Virus record (IMG/VR): IMGVR_UViG_3300030097_000532
Location: 1 to 35,705 of that record
DNA: 35,705 nucleotides
Source: a virus
Lineage: Duplodnaviria > Caudoviricetes
Strand: one strand, 5' to 3'
Part shown: positions 8,732 to 18,351 of the stretch, piece by piece
How positions within the stretch are numbered: the stretch's first letter is position 1
Layout of the letters: each line of letters begins with the position of its first letter
Position numbers and translations under genes: made by a program
The notes under the pieces: model-generated
The model's input: the letters and a program-made list of their open reading frames with translations, nothing else
Databases searched by the model: none
What the model was told of the DNA's origin: nothing

Positions 8732-8959
8732 ATGCCCAAAAAGAATGGCGTAGCTCTGATGATCCTTGAGAAGAACAAGAAGTCCAAGGGTGAAGAGGAA
8801 GAAGACTCACTGGAACCCAAGGAGGCCCTACTGGGCGCCTGCAGCGAGTTCCTCAGTGCCATTGGGATAGAGGCATCAGAAGACAAAGAAAAGGACGCCT
8901 GTGAGGCCTTGCTCGACTTTGTCCAGATAGCCTTAAACAGTGATGATGAAGACTACTAA
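8732..8959 (+). CDS. Small acidic hypothetical protein
   Basis: AGGAG RBS, 75 aa, last gene before the terminator. Confidence 0.75.
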   Translation: MPKKNGVALMILEKNKKSKGEEEEDSLEPKEALLGACSEFLSAIGIEASEDKEKDACEALLDFVQIALNSDDEDY

Positions 8960-8961
8960 TG

Positions 8962-8991
8962 GAATGGGGGCTTCGGCCCCCTTCTATTTTT
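8962..8991 (+). terminator. Intrinsic terminator after the capsid genes
   Basis: GGGGGC-TTCG-GCCCCC followed by TTCTATTTTT. Confidence 0.85.
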
Positions 8992-9001
8992 GAGGTAAAG
9001 C

Positions 9002-9718
9002 ATGGCAAGAAATACAACATCACTGTCAAGCTTGATCACAAGGTCAAGGCGTCGTGCAGATCAAGAGAACTCTACGTTCTGTACAGATGCTGAAGTGACT
9101 GACTACATCAATGAGGCCATTGCAGAGCTTCATGAGATGATGGTGAACGAGTACGAGCTTTATTATGTAAGCTCTACCTCATTCTCCCTTCCTACGGGAC
9201 ATGACGATGGTGACAACGTTAAGGACCTCCCTGACAACTTCTGGAAAGCCCTTGGGTGCGACTTCGCTTCTGGCGGTGTGACTCGAAGAATCCGACGCTA
9301 TATGTTCCAAGAAAGAAATGCCTACGAGAGCCCGATGCTAAAGCAGGGTTACATGGCGAATACCTTCTTCATTATCCAGGGCGACCAAATTCGATTTATC
9401 CCAGAAAGCCCGCCAGGGGGGACGGTAACACTGTGGTGGATACCGGAGCCGCAGCAGTTTGATCCCGGCTCCCCAAGCGACCAACTCTACACTGTAGATA
9501 AAGCCCTCGCTAATGGCTTTGAGAGATTCCTTGTTTTGGATGCAGCCATTAAGATGCTCCAGAAAGAGGAATCAGACACTCAGATTTTGGGGGCAGAGAG
9601 AGAGGGTGTCAGACATAGGTTGATGCTGGCAGCCAAGGACCGGACACCAGGAGAGAGCCGGGCAATAGCAGATGTTAAAGTAGGGACAGGCGTTCGTGAT
9701 TACATAAACTGGATCTAG
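9002..9718 (+). CDS. Head-tail adaptor (tail tubular protein A-like)
   Basis: 238 aa; SLITRSRRRAD...EVTDYINEAIAEL N-terminus typical of podovirus adaptors; position. Confidence 0.7.
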   Translation: MARNTTSLSSLITRSRRRADQENSTFCTDAEVTDYINEAIAELHEMMVNEYELYYVSSTSFSLPTGHDDGDNVKDLPDNFWKALGCDFASGGVTRRIRRYMFQERNAYESPMLKQGYMANTFFIIQGDQIRFIPESPPGGTVTLWWIPEPQQFDPGSPSDQLYTVDKALANGFERFLVLDAAIKMLQKEESDTQILGAEREGVRHRLMLAAKDRTPGESRAIADVKVGTGVRDYINWI

Positions 9719-9726
9719 GATGAGAT

Positions 9727-10557
9727 ATGGCGTTTCGGGGATTTACAGAAGCAAAGCACAAAGACGGGGCTTTGAACGATCTCGAAACGAGGGTTAAGAA
9801 CACCTTTAACCAGGTAAAGAACAGTAGAATCCTGGGCGGCAACCTTCTGTCTGGCGTTAAGCTGAAATCAACGGCATCAAGCTCGTCGGCGCAGATAAAT
9901 GGCGTAAACAGATACCTGTTAACAGTTGATGATTATAGCGCCATTACTTCGGGTGTTATTGTCAGCGTCAGAACGTCAAACACATTTAGGACAGGGACAG
10001 AAGGCTCAGACTGGGATGCCGAAGTCAGCAACAACACTACGGCCACAAATATAGCAGACCACTATCAAGACACTGGGTCGTACATAGCCTGCGCAGAGAG
10101 TGGTGCGGTCGTTGAGTTTGCCACGGGGCTCTATTCCGTACTTCAAAGTGTGAGCTATACGAGCAGAACTGGATTCACAACCGGAACAATTGACCCATGC
10201 CTTCGTGTAACGGACGCAATAGCGGCAACCTTAAATATCAACGAGCCGATCCGCTTTGGTCCAGCATCCCTGTCTGCACCCTCTGATCTCCTTCCCGGCG
10301 TCTCACGGGTTATGTCTAAGGCCGAAAGCTATGACACCCTTGCTACTCATGTCATCTTGGATGGATTCCCCTCCACCATGAGAGGGAGCCTGTATGCGTA
10401 TAAGCTTTTAAGGAACCCAATCCCTGGTGTTGGAAGTGGCTCCAAGTATATGATTCTAAATCAAGACCGTCCTTCTAATATATGGAGTGGAGCAGGCGGT
10501 GGAAGCCTAAGCTTGTCTTGCGACAATGACTGTACAGTCGATATGTGGGTGTTTTAA
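9727..10557 (+). CDS. Putative virion structural protein
   Basis: 276-aa S/T/G-rich protein between adaptor and nozzle genes. Confidence 0.6.
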   Translation: MAFRGFTEAKHKDGALNDLETRVKNTFNQVKNSRILGGNLLSGVKLKSTASSSSAQINGVNRYLLTVDDYSAITSGVIVSVRTSNTFRTGTEGSDWDAEVSNNTTATNIADHYQDTGSYIACAESGAVVEFATGLYSVLQSVSYTSRTGFTTGTIDPCLRVTDAIAATLNINEPIRFGPASLSAPSDLLPGVSRVMSKAESYDTLATHVILDGFPSTMRGSLYAYKLLRNPIPGVGSGSKYMILNQDRPSNIWSGAGGGSLSLSCDNDCTVDMWVF

Positions 10558-13500
10558 TGGCATTAGAGAAGAAAAACGTAGGGTTCCCATTCGCGAGGGG
10601 TGTCAATACAAAAACATCAGAAATGGCGCAACCAGTGGGCGAACTTCGGCTAGCCGAGAATGTTTCAATAACCAAGACCGGAGAGCTAAACCCAAGAAAT
10701 GGATTCCATGAGGAGGCTTGGGCGGAGCTTGGTGGTGCTGCCCAACCTGGCGAGCTTTTTGGCGCAGCTCATCATCAAGATGAGTTGGTGGTCTTTGATG
10801 GGGAAAAAGCATACTCCAGATACACCAGCGGTAAGTTCAAGGATCGTGGTACATGCGTAAATGTCCAAATGCGACAGGAGTCGGTGGATGTTAACTCAGC
10901 GTCCATGGACGGAGCCCCTGCTTACTCCACGATAAAGGTTGGCTCAGATAATGATCTTTATGAGATCTTCGTATGGGAATCTAGGCCGTTCGGGGCTGAG
11001 GACGATGAATCTAATATTAAGTCGTTTGTGAACGCAGATGACACCCATAACTACAGGAATAAGCCATCGAGGCTTCTTTACTCCATACGCAATAAAGCAA
11101 CAGGCGTTTTACTTTATGATGCGGTCCCAATCAGTATACCGTATATAGGCGGCCCCTTACGGACTAAGGATTTTGTAGATAGAGACCTCATCATCTCCAA
11201 GGTAGATGCCACTGATTATGGTGTTTCACACGGAACGCCCACCCCGGCTGAGGACGATATGCTCCGTATTTTTGGATACGGGAGTGACAGCACAAACGGG
11301 AGCACGAGAGCGTGGGCTGACGTAGCTGAAGATGGCAATCAGCTTATCTTAGAAGGCCCATTCAACAACACGGTCGGTGCTTACTCAAACGCTAAAGCGT
11401 CGATATTCTTTGTTGATGGGACAGCGGACTCAATAACTTCAGACTATGCGATAGTAAAGGAATTGGGTGCCTCTGATTCTTTTAATCGGACATCAAGCGT
11501 TAAAACTCGATCTGATTCGAGGATGCCTAATGTGAGTGCATACCTCAATGTTGAGACAGGCAAAAATGCCATGTACTTCACGACCCAGCCTATGCTCTTT
11601 AGTATGACTGACAATGTAGTTGTTCTGACTTTCGCCGCGCAGTATTCGTATCAAACAAATATTGAAGATTCAGTTGCCGGGGTTGAAGGCTATTGGTCTA
11701 TCTTTCAGGCAACTTTTGATTTCAGCAGCGCAGTATCCGCGATTGGAACGGTCTACCTGCTGAGCGATTTTCAGAGCGGATTCCTTGACTTAAATTACAA
11801 GTATCCAATTTGGGACGCAGACTTAGCCTACACCACAGAAGATGACCACGGGGTTGCATATGTCTACTATACGAATGATGCCACAAACACGACAAAACTT
11901 CAGTATTACAAGTATAACTCAGTAAATAAGAATCTAGACACAATTCCAGTAGGGAATACGAATGTTCCAAGGGCGGATGTATCTGATACACAGATAATAT
12001 CCGCTCTACCTATGGGAGGATCAGCCAAGGCTACATTTGGCGGTACGGACCCCTCCGAATGGACAAACGTCGCAGTCCCCAGTCGTTTCGTTCTAAAATG
12101 CATTAACCACACAGATGCCGGAAGCCTTGAAAATCACGCTAACAACAAGATTGTGTTTGTCTTCTCTTCGGACGCCACCAAAGATGACGATATCTACGTG
12201 TATACAGCTCCGGCATTGTCAGACAGCGCTTTTGGGTCCTGGAACGCATCGTTAATAAAGCCACTCTTGGACAGGGCAACATCAAGCTCAACATGGAACA
12301 TTCCTGATGACCTGGCCGTGACAAGGAACCGTCTTGGGGTCGGAACGAGTCAGGTGTCTTATAACTTATCGGCCAACAAATTCAGCTGCGCTAATCTGGT
12401 TGTAGCGAATGCCGCGATAACCAACGTCAAAAGTATTACCGGTGATGCCATTTATCTCTTTGTCGAAGTCGCATCCAGGATAGGGGCCGGCAGCAGTACA
12501 TGGCAAACAACAACAGATGCAGGGTCGGCCAACAGTTATATATGCTCTGAAGACAGATGGATAATCAGGAAAAACTTAGCAAATAGCTCAGATACAAAGG
12601 TCCTCGGCAGGAATATAAACATTCTATCGGACGCATGGTATCCTTACTCCGGTAGCAAGGCTTACTTCGTGGGGCATTCGGTTTTTGCTGGAGATCCCTC
12701 AACCGCAAGAACTTGCCTATTCAATGAGGATGGAGAGACTGTCGGGACCTACGCCCCTGGCCAAGCAGTCCTTTGCCATCCGTATGAAATGCAGCAGATA
12801 ACCGTGCCCGTCACCGAATACAGCAATACGCCGCTATTCGCCCTTCGATCTAGGCTGAACTACCATCGGACTAACTCCATACTTCAACCCTACAAGTACT
12901 CCAATCCACCGTCTCTTTCTGAATACCCTATGCCCGCATTTGGGATATCCGTAATTGAACACGCGGAACGAGCATATCAATATATGGCTCCATTCAATCC
13001 ACGTATAGGCATCGCTGATTTCTTCCCCCCAAGGACCTATCCAAGCGCAAATATAAATGGAGCCCTGCTTATAGGATCTGGGCTTCTCTGGGCATTTAAT
13101 GGTGGAAAGTTTGTCGAGAATGGGTTCCTCCAGAAGCCCCTAATTAAGTCCGTTACCGTTGGCATTTCGAATTTCACAAGTGGGGGTGTGGCGGTAAAAG
13201 GCATCAACCAAGGGGACTACATTATTGCCGCCGCCTATTTCTGGAAAGACGATATGGGCGTTACCCATTACAGCGGCCTTGATTTCTTCGGAGACGGAGG
13301 CACGAATAGAATTGTACCTGTAAGGTCTAGCGGGAAGAAGCTAGTTATTCAGATTGCGAATACGGCGATAACAAACAAGAGATCTGCCCCCACTCAAAGC
13401 ATCGGCTACGAGGTTCCCCGCTCAGGCCATAGCGCAAGCACAGACATTGAAGATATCGCTGACATGAACCCGTCGTCTGTATCAGTCGCAATATTCGCAT

Positions 13501-14873
13501 CCGTAAGCCTATCAGAGATGGTGGAAGAGACTGAGGAGCTACTAAATATATCGCTTCGACTCATAAAAATGCAGCCATTGAACACAAACGCAAGGATGGC
13601 AATCATCGAGATTGACACACCCAACAAGTCGCTCCAGTTCAAGGACACCGCAACAGACGCTTCAGCCCTTGTGTATAACCACCCTGTCCAGCCTTCTTGC
13701 CCGACTGACATTACAGAGCACAAAAACCATGTATGTGTTTCAACTGTTGATGGGTATGTTTATCCTTCTCAGTCCTTTACCTCCTCAATAGGGACCGAAG
13801 GCTCTTCGGTTTGCCCGGTATTTGCCGCAGGGAATACTATTAATATAGGAGAGGAGACCAACGGGGTAGGCGCATCAAACATCGAGAGTGATGGCCAGAC
13901 CCTGCTGGCCTTTAATAAGAATGCTGTTTATTCTATGGCAGGCGATGGACCTGACTTTCTTAATAGTGAAGGGGGGTTCGCTCCGCCAGAGGTTCTTTAC
14001 CTTGATCAGGGGGTTATGGTCGGTGGTGCTACAGCAAGGATTCCGGCTGGCGTTGTTTATCAATCTACGCATGGGCTATACTTATTAAACGGAAAGAACC
14101 TTAGCTATCTGGGAGCCCCCATTGATGGGGAATGGGGCGTTAGCACGTATATGGGGAACATCTCCGGAGTGTCCGTTCTGGACGAGACGAACGAAGTCGT
14201 TTTCGTTACGGGGTCAAGTGGGAGCTGGGCCAAAGACCCGAACAGTTACTTGCCATCGTTGGGGATGAGTATCATCATTTACAACTATGAGGTTAATCAG
14301 TGGTACACATGGAAAGTGCCGGTAGACACCACGGGGCAGAAGTTTAGCGGGTGTAGCTATGTGAAGAGGTCTGACGGAAAGAGGGATCTGTTCCTTACTG
14401 ACAATAAGGGCGGTGTCTGGCTTCGTGCTACGATCGACTCAAGCTCATCATCATCCTATAGGTATGCGGATTACTCTCAAAGCAAGGACGGCGGAGGTGG
14501 CTACTACCGCGTTCAGATGAACGTAAAAACAGGGGAGATACAATTCCCTCAGTTTTTATCGGGGTGCCGTCTTTACAGGCTAGCGGTGCCATTCACCACT
14601 GCTTCGTATGGTGAATTTAGCATCTCATACGCTTCGGAGCTGGGCACATACTCCTCCTCTCAGACTCTTTCGTATACCCAATCATCGAGCAGCGAAAGAG
14701 AGGTAGTGATCAAACCACAGCAGCAGAAGGTAGATCGGTTCCATGTGGATATTGTTTGCAGGGGTACGACAGACTCTTCTCAGCCACCGGCGCTTAATGG
14801 TCTCGGGTTACTCATAGCGCCAAGGCAGGCAAAAGCAGTATACAACGTAGAGAAAACACAGGTCGCGACATAG
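10557..14873 (+). CDS. Tail nozzle / tail tubular protein B-like, unusually large (~1438 aa)
   Basis: N-terminal F..GVNTK...ELRLAENV...G.L.PRNG and C-terminal YNYEVNQW motifs typical of podovirus nozzle proteins; ATG 10557 overlaps the upstream TAA. Confidence 0.75.
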   Translation: MALEKKNVGFPFARGVNTKTSEMAQPVGELRLAENVSITKTGELNPRNGFHEEAWAELGGAAQPGELFGAAHHQDELVVFDGEKAYSRYTSGKFKDRGTCVNVQMRQESVDVNSASMDGAPAYSTIKVGSDNDLYEIFVWESRPFGAEDDESNIKSFVNADDTHNYRNKPSRLLYSIRNKATGVLLYDAVPISIPYIGGPLRTKDFVDRDLIISKVDATDYGVSHGTPTPAEDDMLRIFGYGSDSTNGSTRAWADVAEDGNQLILEGPFNNTVGAYSNAKASIFFVDGTADSITSDYAIVKELGASDSFNRTSSVKTRSDSRMPNVSAYLNVETGKNAMYFTTQPMLFSMTDNVVVLTFAAQYSYQTNIEDSVAGVEGYWSIFQATFDFSSAVSAIGTVYLLSDFQSGFLDLNYKYPIWDADLAYTTEDDHGVAYVYYTNDATNTTKLQYYKYNSVNKNLDTIPVGNTNVPRADVSDTQIISALPMGGSAKATFGGTDPSEWTNVAVPSRFVLKCINHTDAGSLENHANNKIVFVFSSDATKDDDIYVYTAPALSDSAFGSWNASLIKPLLDRATSSSTWNIPDDLAVTRNRLGVGTSQVSYNLSANKFSCANLVVANAAITNVKSITGDAIYLFVEVASRIGAGSSTWQTTTDAGSANSYICSEDRWIIRKNLANSSDTKVLGRNINILSDAWYPYSGSKAYFVGHSVFAGDPSTARTCLFNEDGETVGTYAPGQAVLCHPYEMQQITVPVTEYSNTPLFALRSRLNYHRTNSILQPYKYSNPPSLSEYPMPAFGISVIEHAERAYQYMAPFNPRIGIADFFPPRTYPSANINGALLIGSGLLWAFNGGKFVENGFLQKPLIKSVTVGISNFTSGGVAVKGINQGDYIIAAAYFWKDDMGVTHYSGLDFFGDGGTNRIVPVRSSGKKLVIQIANTAITNKRSAPTQSIGYEVPRSGHSASTDIEDIADMNPSSVSVAIFASVSLSEMVEETEELLNISLRLIKMQPLNTNARMAIIEIDTPNKSLQFKDTATDASALVYNHPVQPSCPTDITEHKNHVCVSTVDGYVYPSQSFTSSIGTEGSSVCPVFAAGNTINIGEETNGVGASNIESDGQTLLAFNKNAVYSMAGDGPDFLNSEGGFAPPEVLYLDQGVMVGGATARIPAGVVYQSTHGLYLLNGKNLSYLGAPIDGEWGVSTYMGNISGVSVLDETNEVVFVTGSSGSWAKDPNSYLPSLGMSIIIYNYEVNQWYTWKVPVDTTGQKFSGCSYVKRSDGKRDLFLTDNKGGVWLRATIDSSSSSSYRYADYSQSKDGGGGYYRVQMNVKTGEIQFPQFLSGCRLYRLAVPFTTASYGEFSISYASELGTYSSSQTLSYTQSSSSEREVVIKPQQQKVDRFHVDIVCRGTTDSSQPPALNGLGLLIAPRQAKAVYNVEKTQVAT

Positions 14874-14887
14874 GGCAGAGGTTAATT

Positions 14888-15664
14888 ATGGCAGTAGATA
14901 GAGCAACAGTGCTCAGACAGCAGCAGCTTCTAGATCAAGCAATGCGGCAGGCTGGGAATAACCCGGTACTGGCCGAAAAGCTTTCACGGGCGGCCATGAT
15001 ACAGAGCGGCATAGAATACATGGAGCGAAAGCAGGCTGAGGATATAGCAAAGGGTGGCCGAGAAAGAGAGCTGGCCCTAAAAAGGGTCTCTTCTGAGGAG
15101 CGGATGAGAGACGCATCTGCTCGGTTGGCATTCGCAAAAGAAGCCTTCGCGGCGGCGCAGAAGATCAAAATGATTGGTCTGGGATTAAACGTTGCATCCA
15201 CTCTCGGCGCGGCTGCTCTTCCTGTCATCCATGAGAAGATGAAAGCACCGAAAGAAGCAGAAAAAACTATACCTGTGAGAAAAACCCCAGAGGAGAGAAC
15301 GGCCTTTATGGAGACCCTCAATACACCCCCAGGTGGTGCTGCGGCTTCGGAATTTGTTGGCCCTCCTGCTCCTCCTGACTTGAGCACCGCTCGCGGGATA
15401 GATCCAACTCAAGCATTCCAGAGAGATCGCGCCCAGCAGGATTCGGCAGCAGGATTTAGGACACTGGACGCCTATAGCGAAGGCGCTGATCAGCTAAATA
15501 ATGCATTAGGTGTGATTGGTGACCAGCGGGGTGAGGAAGCAATGCGGATGGTAAGGGATATATTAGAACAATCCCCGCAGGGACCTCTTCCTGGCCAGAG
15601 GGGCGACAGCTCAATGGATGACAAGATTTGGCGACTAGTCAACAATAACATGGGAGTTGCGTGA
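14888..15664 (+). CDS. Putative internal virion (ejection) protein
   Basis: A/Q-rich helical protein with one hydrophobic segment; follows nozzle. Confidence 0.6.
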   Translation: MAVDRATVLRQQQLLDQAMRQAGNNPVLAEKLSRAAMIQSGIEYMERKQAEDIAKGGRERELALKRVSSEERMRDASARLAFAKEAFAAAQKIKMIGLGLNVASTLGAAALPVIHEKMKAPKEAEKTIPVRKTPEERTAFMETLNTPPGGAAASEFVGPPAPPDLSTARGIDPTQAFQRDRAQQDSAAGFRTLDAYSEGADQLNNALGVIGDQRGEEAMRMVRDILEQSPQGPLPGQRGDSSMDDKIWRLVNNNMGVA

Positions 15665-16740
15665 TGGCGAACACCACCACATTAACGGTCGATCCTGAAA
15701 AAAGAAAAAGGAGCGAGGAGGCATCCGCGAAAAAAGCGGGGTATGACACCGTAGATGATTGGAAGGATGCCCGAAGAAAAAAGACATACGACGAGGGGAT
15801 TGATGCTGGCCAGTGGGATAGTCATGAGGAAGCTGACGACTATATGGAGTGGCGCAAGGGGATCAACCAGGAGATTCGAGATATCCAAGCTGGTCATGCA
15901 TACGAACATGGCGCAGGCCAGGCCAGGGAGAGGGAGTTAAGGGACCAGCTAGCTGCGGGGGAAACCAGACAAAAAGCAAAGAGGATGGCATGGTCGGACC
16001 CAGAGCTAGTAAAGAAGAGGCGTGAGCTTGAAGAAAGAACAAAACTCCGGGCTATGTATCGTACGCCAGAGGAAGAGGCTGCGGCTAGGCGGGCTACGTC
16101 CTTTGAGCGGGAGGCCAGGCGAAACGCGCAGCAGCAGCGAGATAGCATCGTAGGGAGAGCAAGGGCGCTTGGATTGACCCCAGCGCAGATGGAAGCGCTG
16201 AATCAGGGACTGCAACAGACAGACGCCGAATTCGAAAGGCAGATAAAGCAGGCCAGGATTGACGAAGCGGAATCAGCCAAAGAGGAGCTAGATGCATTTA
16301 AGCAGGCGGCGGTGGAGCAGGGTGGTCAGGCCTTAATGAACCAGGAACGCCTAAGGTTTGAGAGAGAACAAGCAGCAGCAAGCAGGAGTTCCTCATTATG
16401 GGGAAGTATCCTTAGCGGCGTAGCTACTCTTGGCGCAGCAGCACTCCCTCTCTTGATCGGTAGCGACGAGCGCATAAAGTCAGACATCGATAGAGGGAAG
16501 ACCAAAAACGCGGCTTACGATTTTCTCGATAACCTGGATGTTGCTCAATACAATATGCCCGGAGCGAACACCCCTGAGATGGGGGTGATGGCACAGAGCA
16601 TGGAGAAATCATCCCTTGGCCAGCAAGCAGTAACTGAGGTTGAAGGCGTTAAGAGTGTGGACGTACCACAGGCGTTTAAGTCTCTAATCGTCGCACAAAA
16701 AGAAATGCATGATCGCATAAAAAGACTGGAGAAGAAGTAA
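15664..16740 (+). CDS. Putative ejection protein with C-terminal peptidase S74 (intramolecular chaperone) domain
   Basis: Coiled coil, hydrophobic segment, then SDERIKSDI...GVMAQ...IKRLE. Confidence 0.7.
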   Translation: MANTTTLTVDPEKRKRSEEASAKKAGYDTVDDWKDARRKKTYDEGIDAGQWDSHEEADDYMEWRKGINQEIRDIQAGHAYEHGAGQARERELRDQLAAGETRQKAKRMAWSDPELVKKRRELEERTKLRAMYRTPEEEAAARRATSFEREARRNAQQQRDSIVGRARALGLTPAQMEALNQGLQQTDAEFERQIKQARIDEAESAKEELDAFKQAAVEQGGQALMNQERLRFEREQAAASRSSSLWGSILSGVATLGAAALPLLIGSDERIKSDIDRGKTKNAAYDFLDNLDVAQYNMPGANTPEMGVMAQSMEKSSLGQQAVTEVEGVKSVDVPQAFKSLIVAQKEMHDRIKRLEKK

Positions 16741-18311
16741 TGGACGGCTACAGGGACGCCATCAGTCAGACTGCATCAGGGGATAGACGCGCAGGCGGCG
16801 CTTTTGTCCCCAAAGATGCCATGGAAGAACAAGATCCCATCCCAACAGAACGCCCTGTTTACACAGGAGACGAGGGTGAGGATTTCATCATCAGCCAAAT
16901 GAAGAGCAACGCGGCTGGGAGCAACATCCTTGCTGAGGAGATGATTAACAGGAGGATCGATAACTGGCGCAAGGAAAACCCCGACTCCCTAAGCTCTGTG
17001 CCTCTCTCTGACATATTTCAAAACGAAGCAGTGCAGGCGCTTGCATCTCAGATGGTTGACATGGAGTACAGAGGGCTAACGAGTGATGAGATTGATAAAT
17101 CTGCGATGGCCGCCCCTGCCCCTTCGGTCCCAGTGGAAGCGCCCGACACCATGGGGCCTGCCCCGACAGTTCATATTCCACCGAATAGAGAAGTCCTAAA
17201 GCTTGCAGACCTACTGGAGCAGACAGAGGGAGATCTAGGCGTTGTAGATCTGTCATTCGAAGAAATAGCCGCCCAGGCAAAGGCGGACGAGGAGGAGGCC
17301 ACATACCAGGAGATTGGGCAGGAGCTTAAGGACTTCAGAATCCAGCCCTTCCGCGTTTATGAAAATACCCTCTTCGCTGTAGTCGCTGCACTCGCATCCG
17401 GTCTCGGTGCAGCAGCGCAGTCGCTCACAGGGGGAAAGAATACCGCGCTCGAAATGGTTATGGATGCGGTAAATAAAGATGTTGATGCGCAGAAGGCGGA
17501 ATACAACGCACTGAAAGATAAGGAGCAGGTTCAGCACAATGTCTATGGCAGGGCAATGAATGCCCTTGGAGATGCGAAGAAAGCATACGCAGTAGCATCT
17601 AAGCTGGGGGTTGAGACTGCATACAAGCGACTTGAACAGTCAGAGAAGCTGTATGCGGATAATAAGCAACTTCAGGTGACAGCCCAGTACCAGAAGGGAC
17701 TGCTGAAGAATCATGCAGACCAAATAGGCATAGGAAGAAAAGGAAAGCAGACCAAGCAGGACACGGCGAAAGAGCAAGCAGCGGGATCTCTAAAAGAGCT
17801 TGAGGAGCTGATTGGCCAGTGGGGAGAGCTGAGTACGGCAGAGAAGACAACTGGTGCCTTTGCGGAGATGATTGCAGGGGTTACTGGCCGAACTTTTGCC
17901 ACAGACAAGGATGCTTTTGACTTTTTCGAAGAGCGGCGATCTGTAGAGAAAACGCTCTCATTCATGGCCGTCACGCTCCTAAGGGCTAGTGGTGAGGTCG
18001 GAAACCTAAACGAAGATGAGCAGAAGAGATTCATAGCTACAATCAGGGCTGCAATTCCTGGCTGGACAATAGACACACTGTTCGCAGGCGATGAGCAAAC
18101 AGCTCAGTTCGAAAAGAATCTGGGCAAGATGGTTACCCTCCTTAATCTTTCTGACATGCCACAGTTCGTCAACGCCGACAAGCATTTAAGGAAGGCTATA
18201 CTGATGAGAGAGGTGGACGCGATACGGTCCAATGTTAACCAAAAGACATTTGAGGATGAGTACAAGAAAGTCACAAAGGCAGATAGAGTTCTGGCGGGTC
18301 ACAAAGACTGA
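16740..18311 (+). CDS. Putative internal virion (ejection) protein
   Basis: 523-aa helical protein with hydrophobic AVVAALASGLGAAA segment; coupled start/stop. Confidence 0.6.
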   Translation: MDGYRDAISQTASGDRRAGGAFVPKDAMEEQDPIPTERPVYTGDEGEDFIISQMKSNAAGSNILAEEMINRRIDNWRKENPDSLSSVPLSDIFQNEAVQALASQMVDMEYRGLTSDEIDKSAMAAPAPSVPVEAPDTMGPAPTVHIPPNREVLKLADLLEQTEGDLGVVDLSFEEIAAQAKADEEEATYQEIGQELKDFRIQPFRVYENTLFAVVAALASGLGAAAQSLTGGKNTALEMVMDAVNKDVDAQKAEYNALKDKEQVQHNVYGRAMNALGDAKKAYAVASKLGVETAYKRLEQSEKLYADNKQLQVTAQYQKGLLKNHADQIGIGRKGKQTKQDTAKEQAAGSLKELEELIGQWGELSTAEKTTGAFAEMIAGVTGRTFATDKDAFDFFEERRSVEKTLSFMAVTLLRASGEVGNLNEDEQKRFIATIRAAIPGWTIDTLFAGDEQTAQFEKNLGKMVTLLNLSDMPQFVNADKHLRKAILMREVDAIRSNVNQKTFEDEYKKVTKADRVLAGHKD

Positions 18312-18351
18312 TAGAGATCTAGCTAAACAACGGTAACCGGAGAATGGTAGT

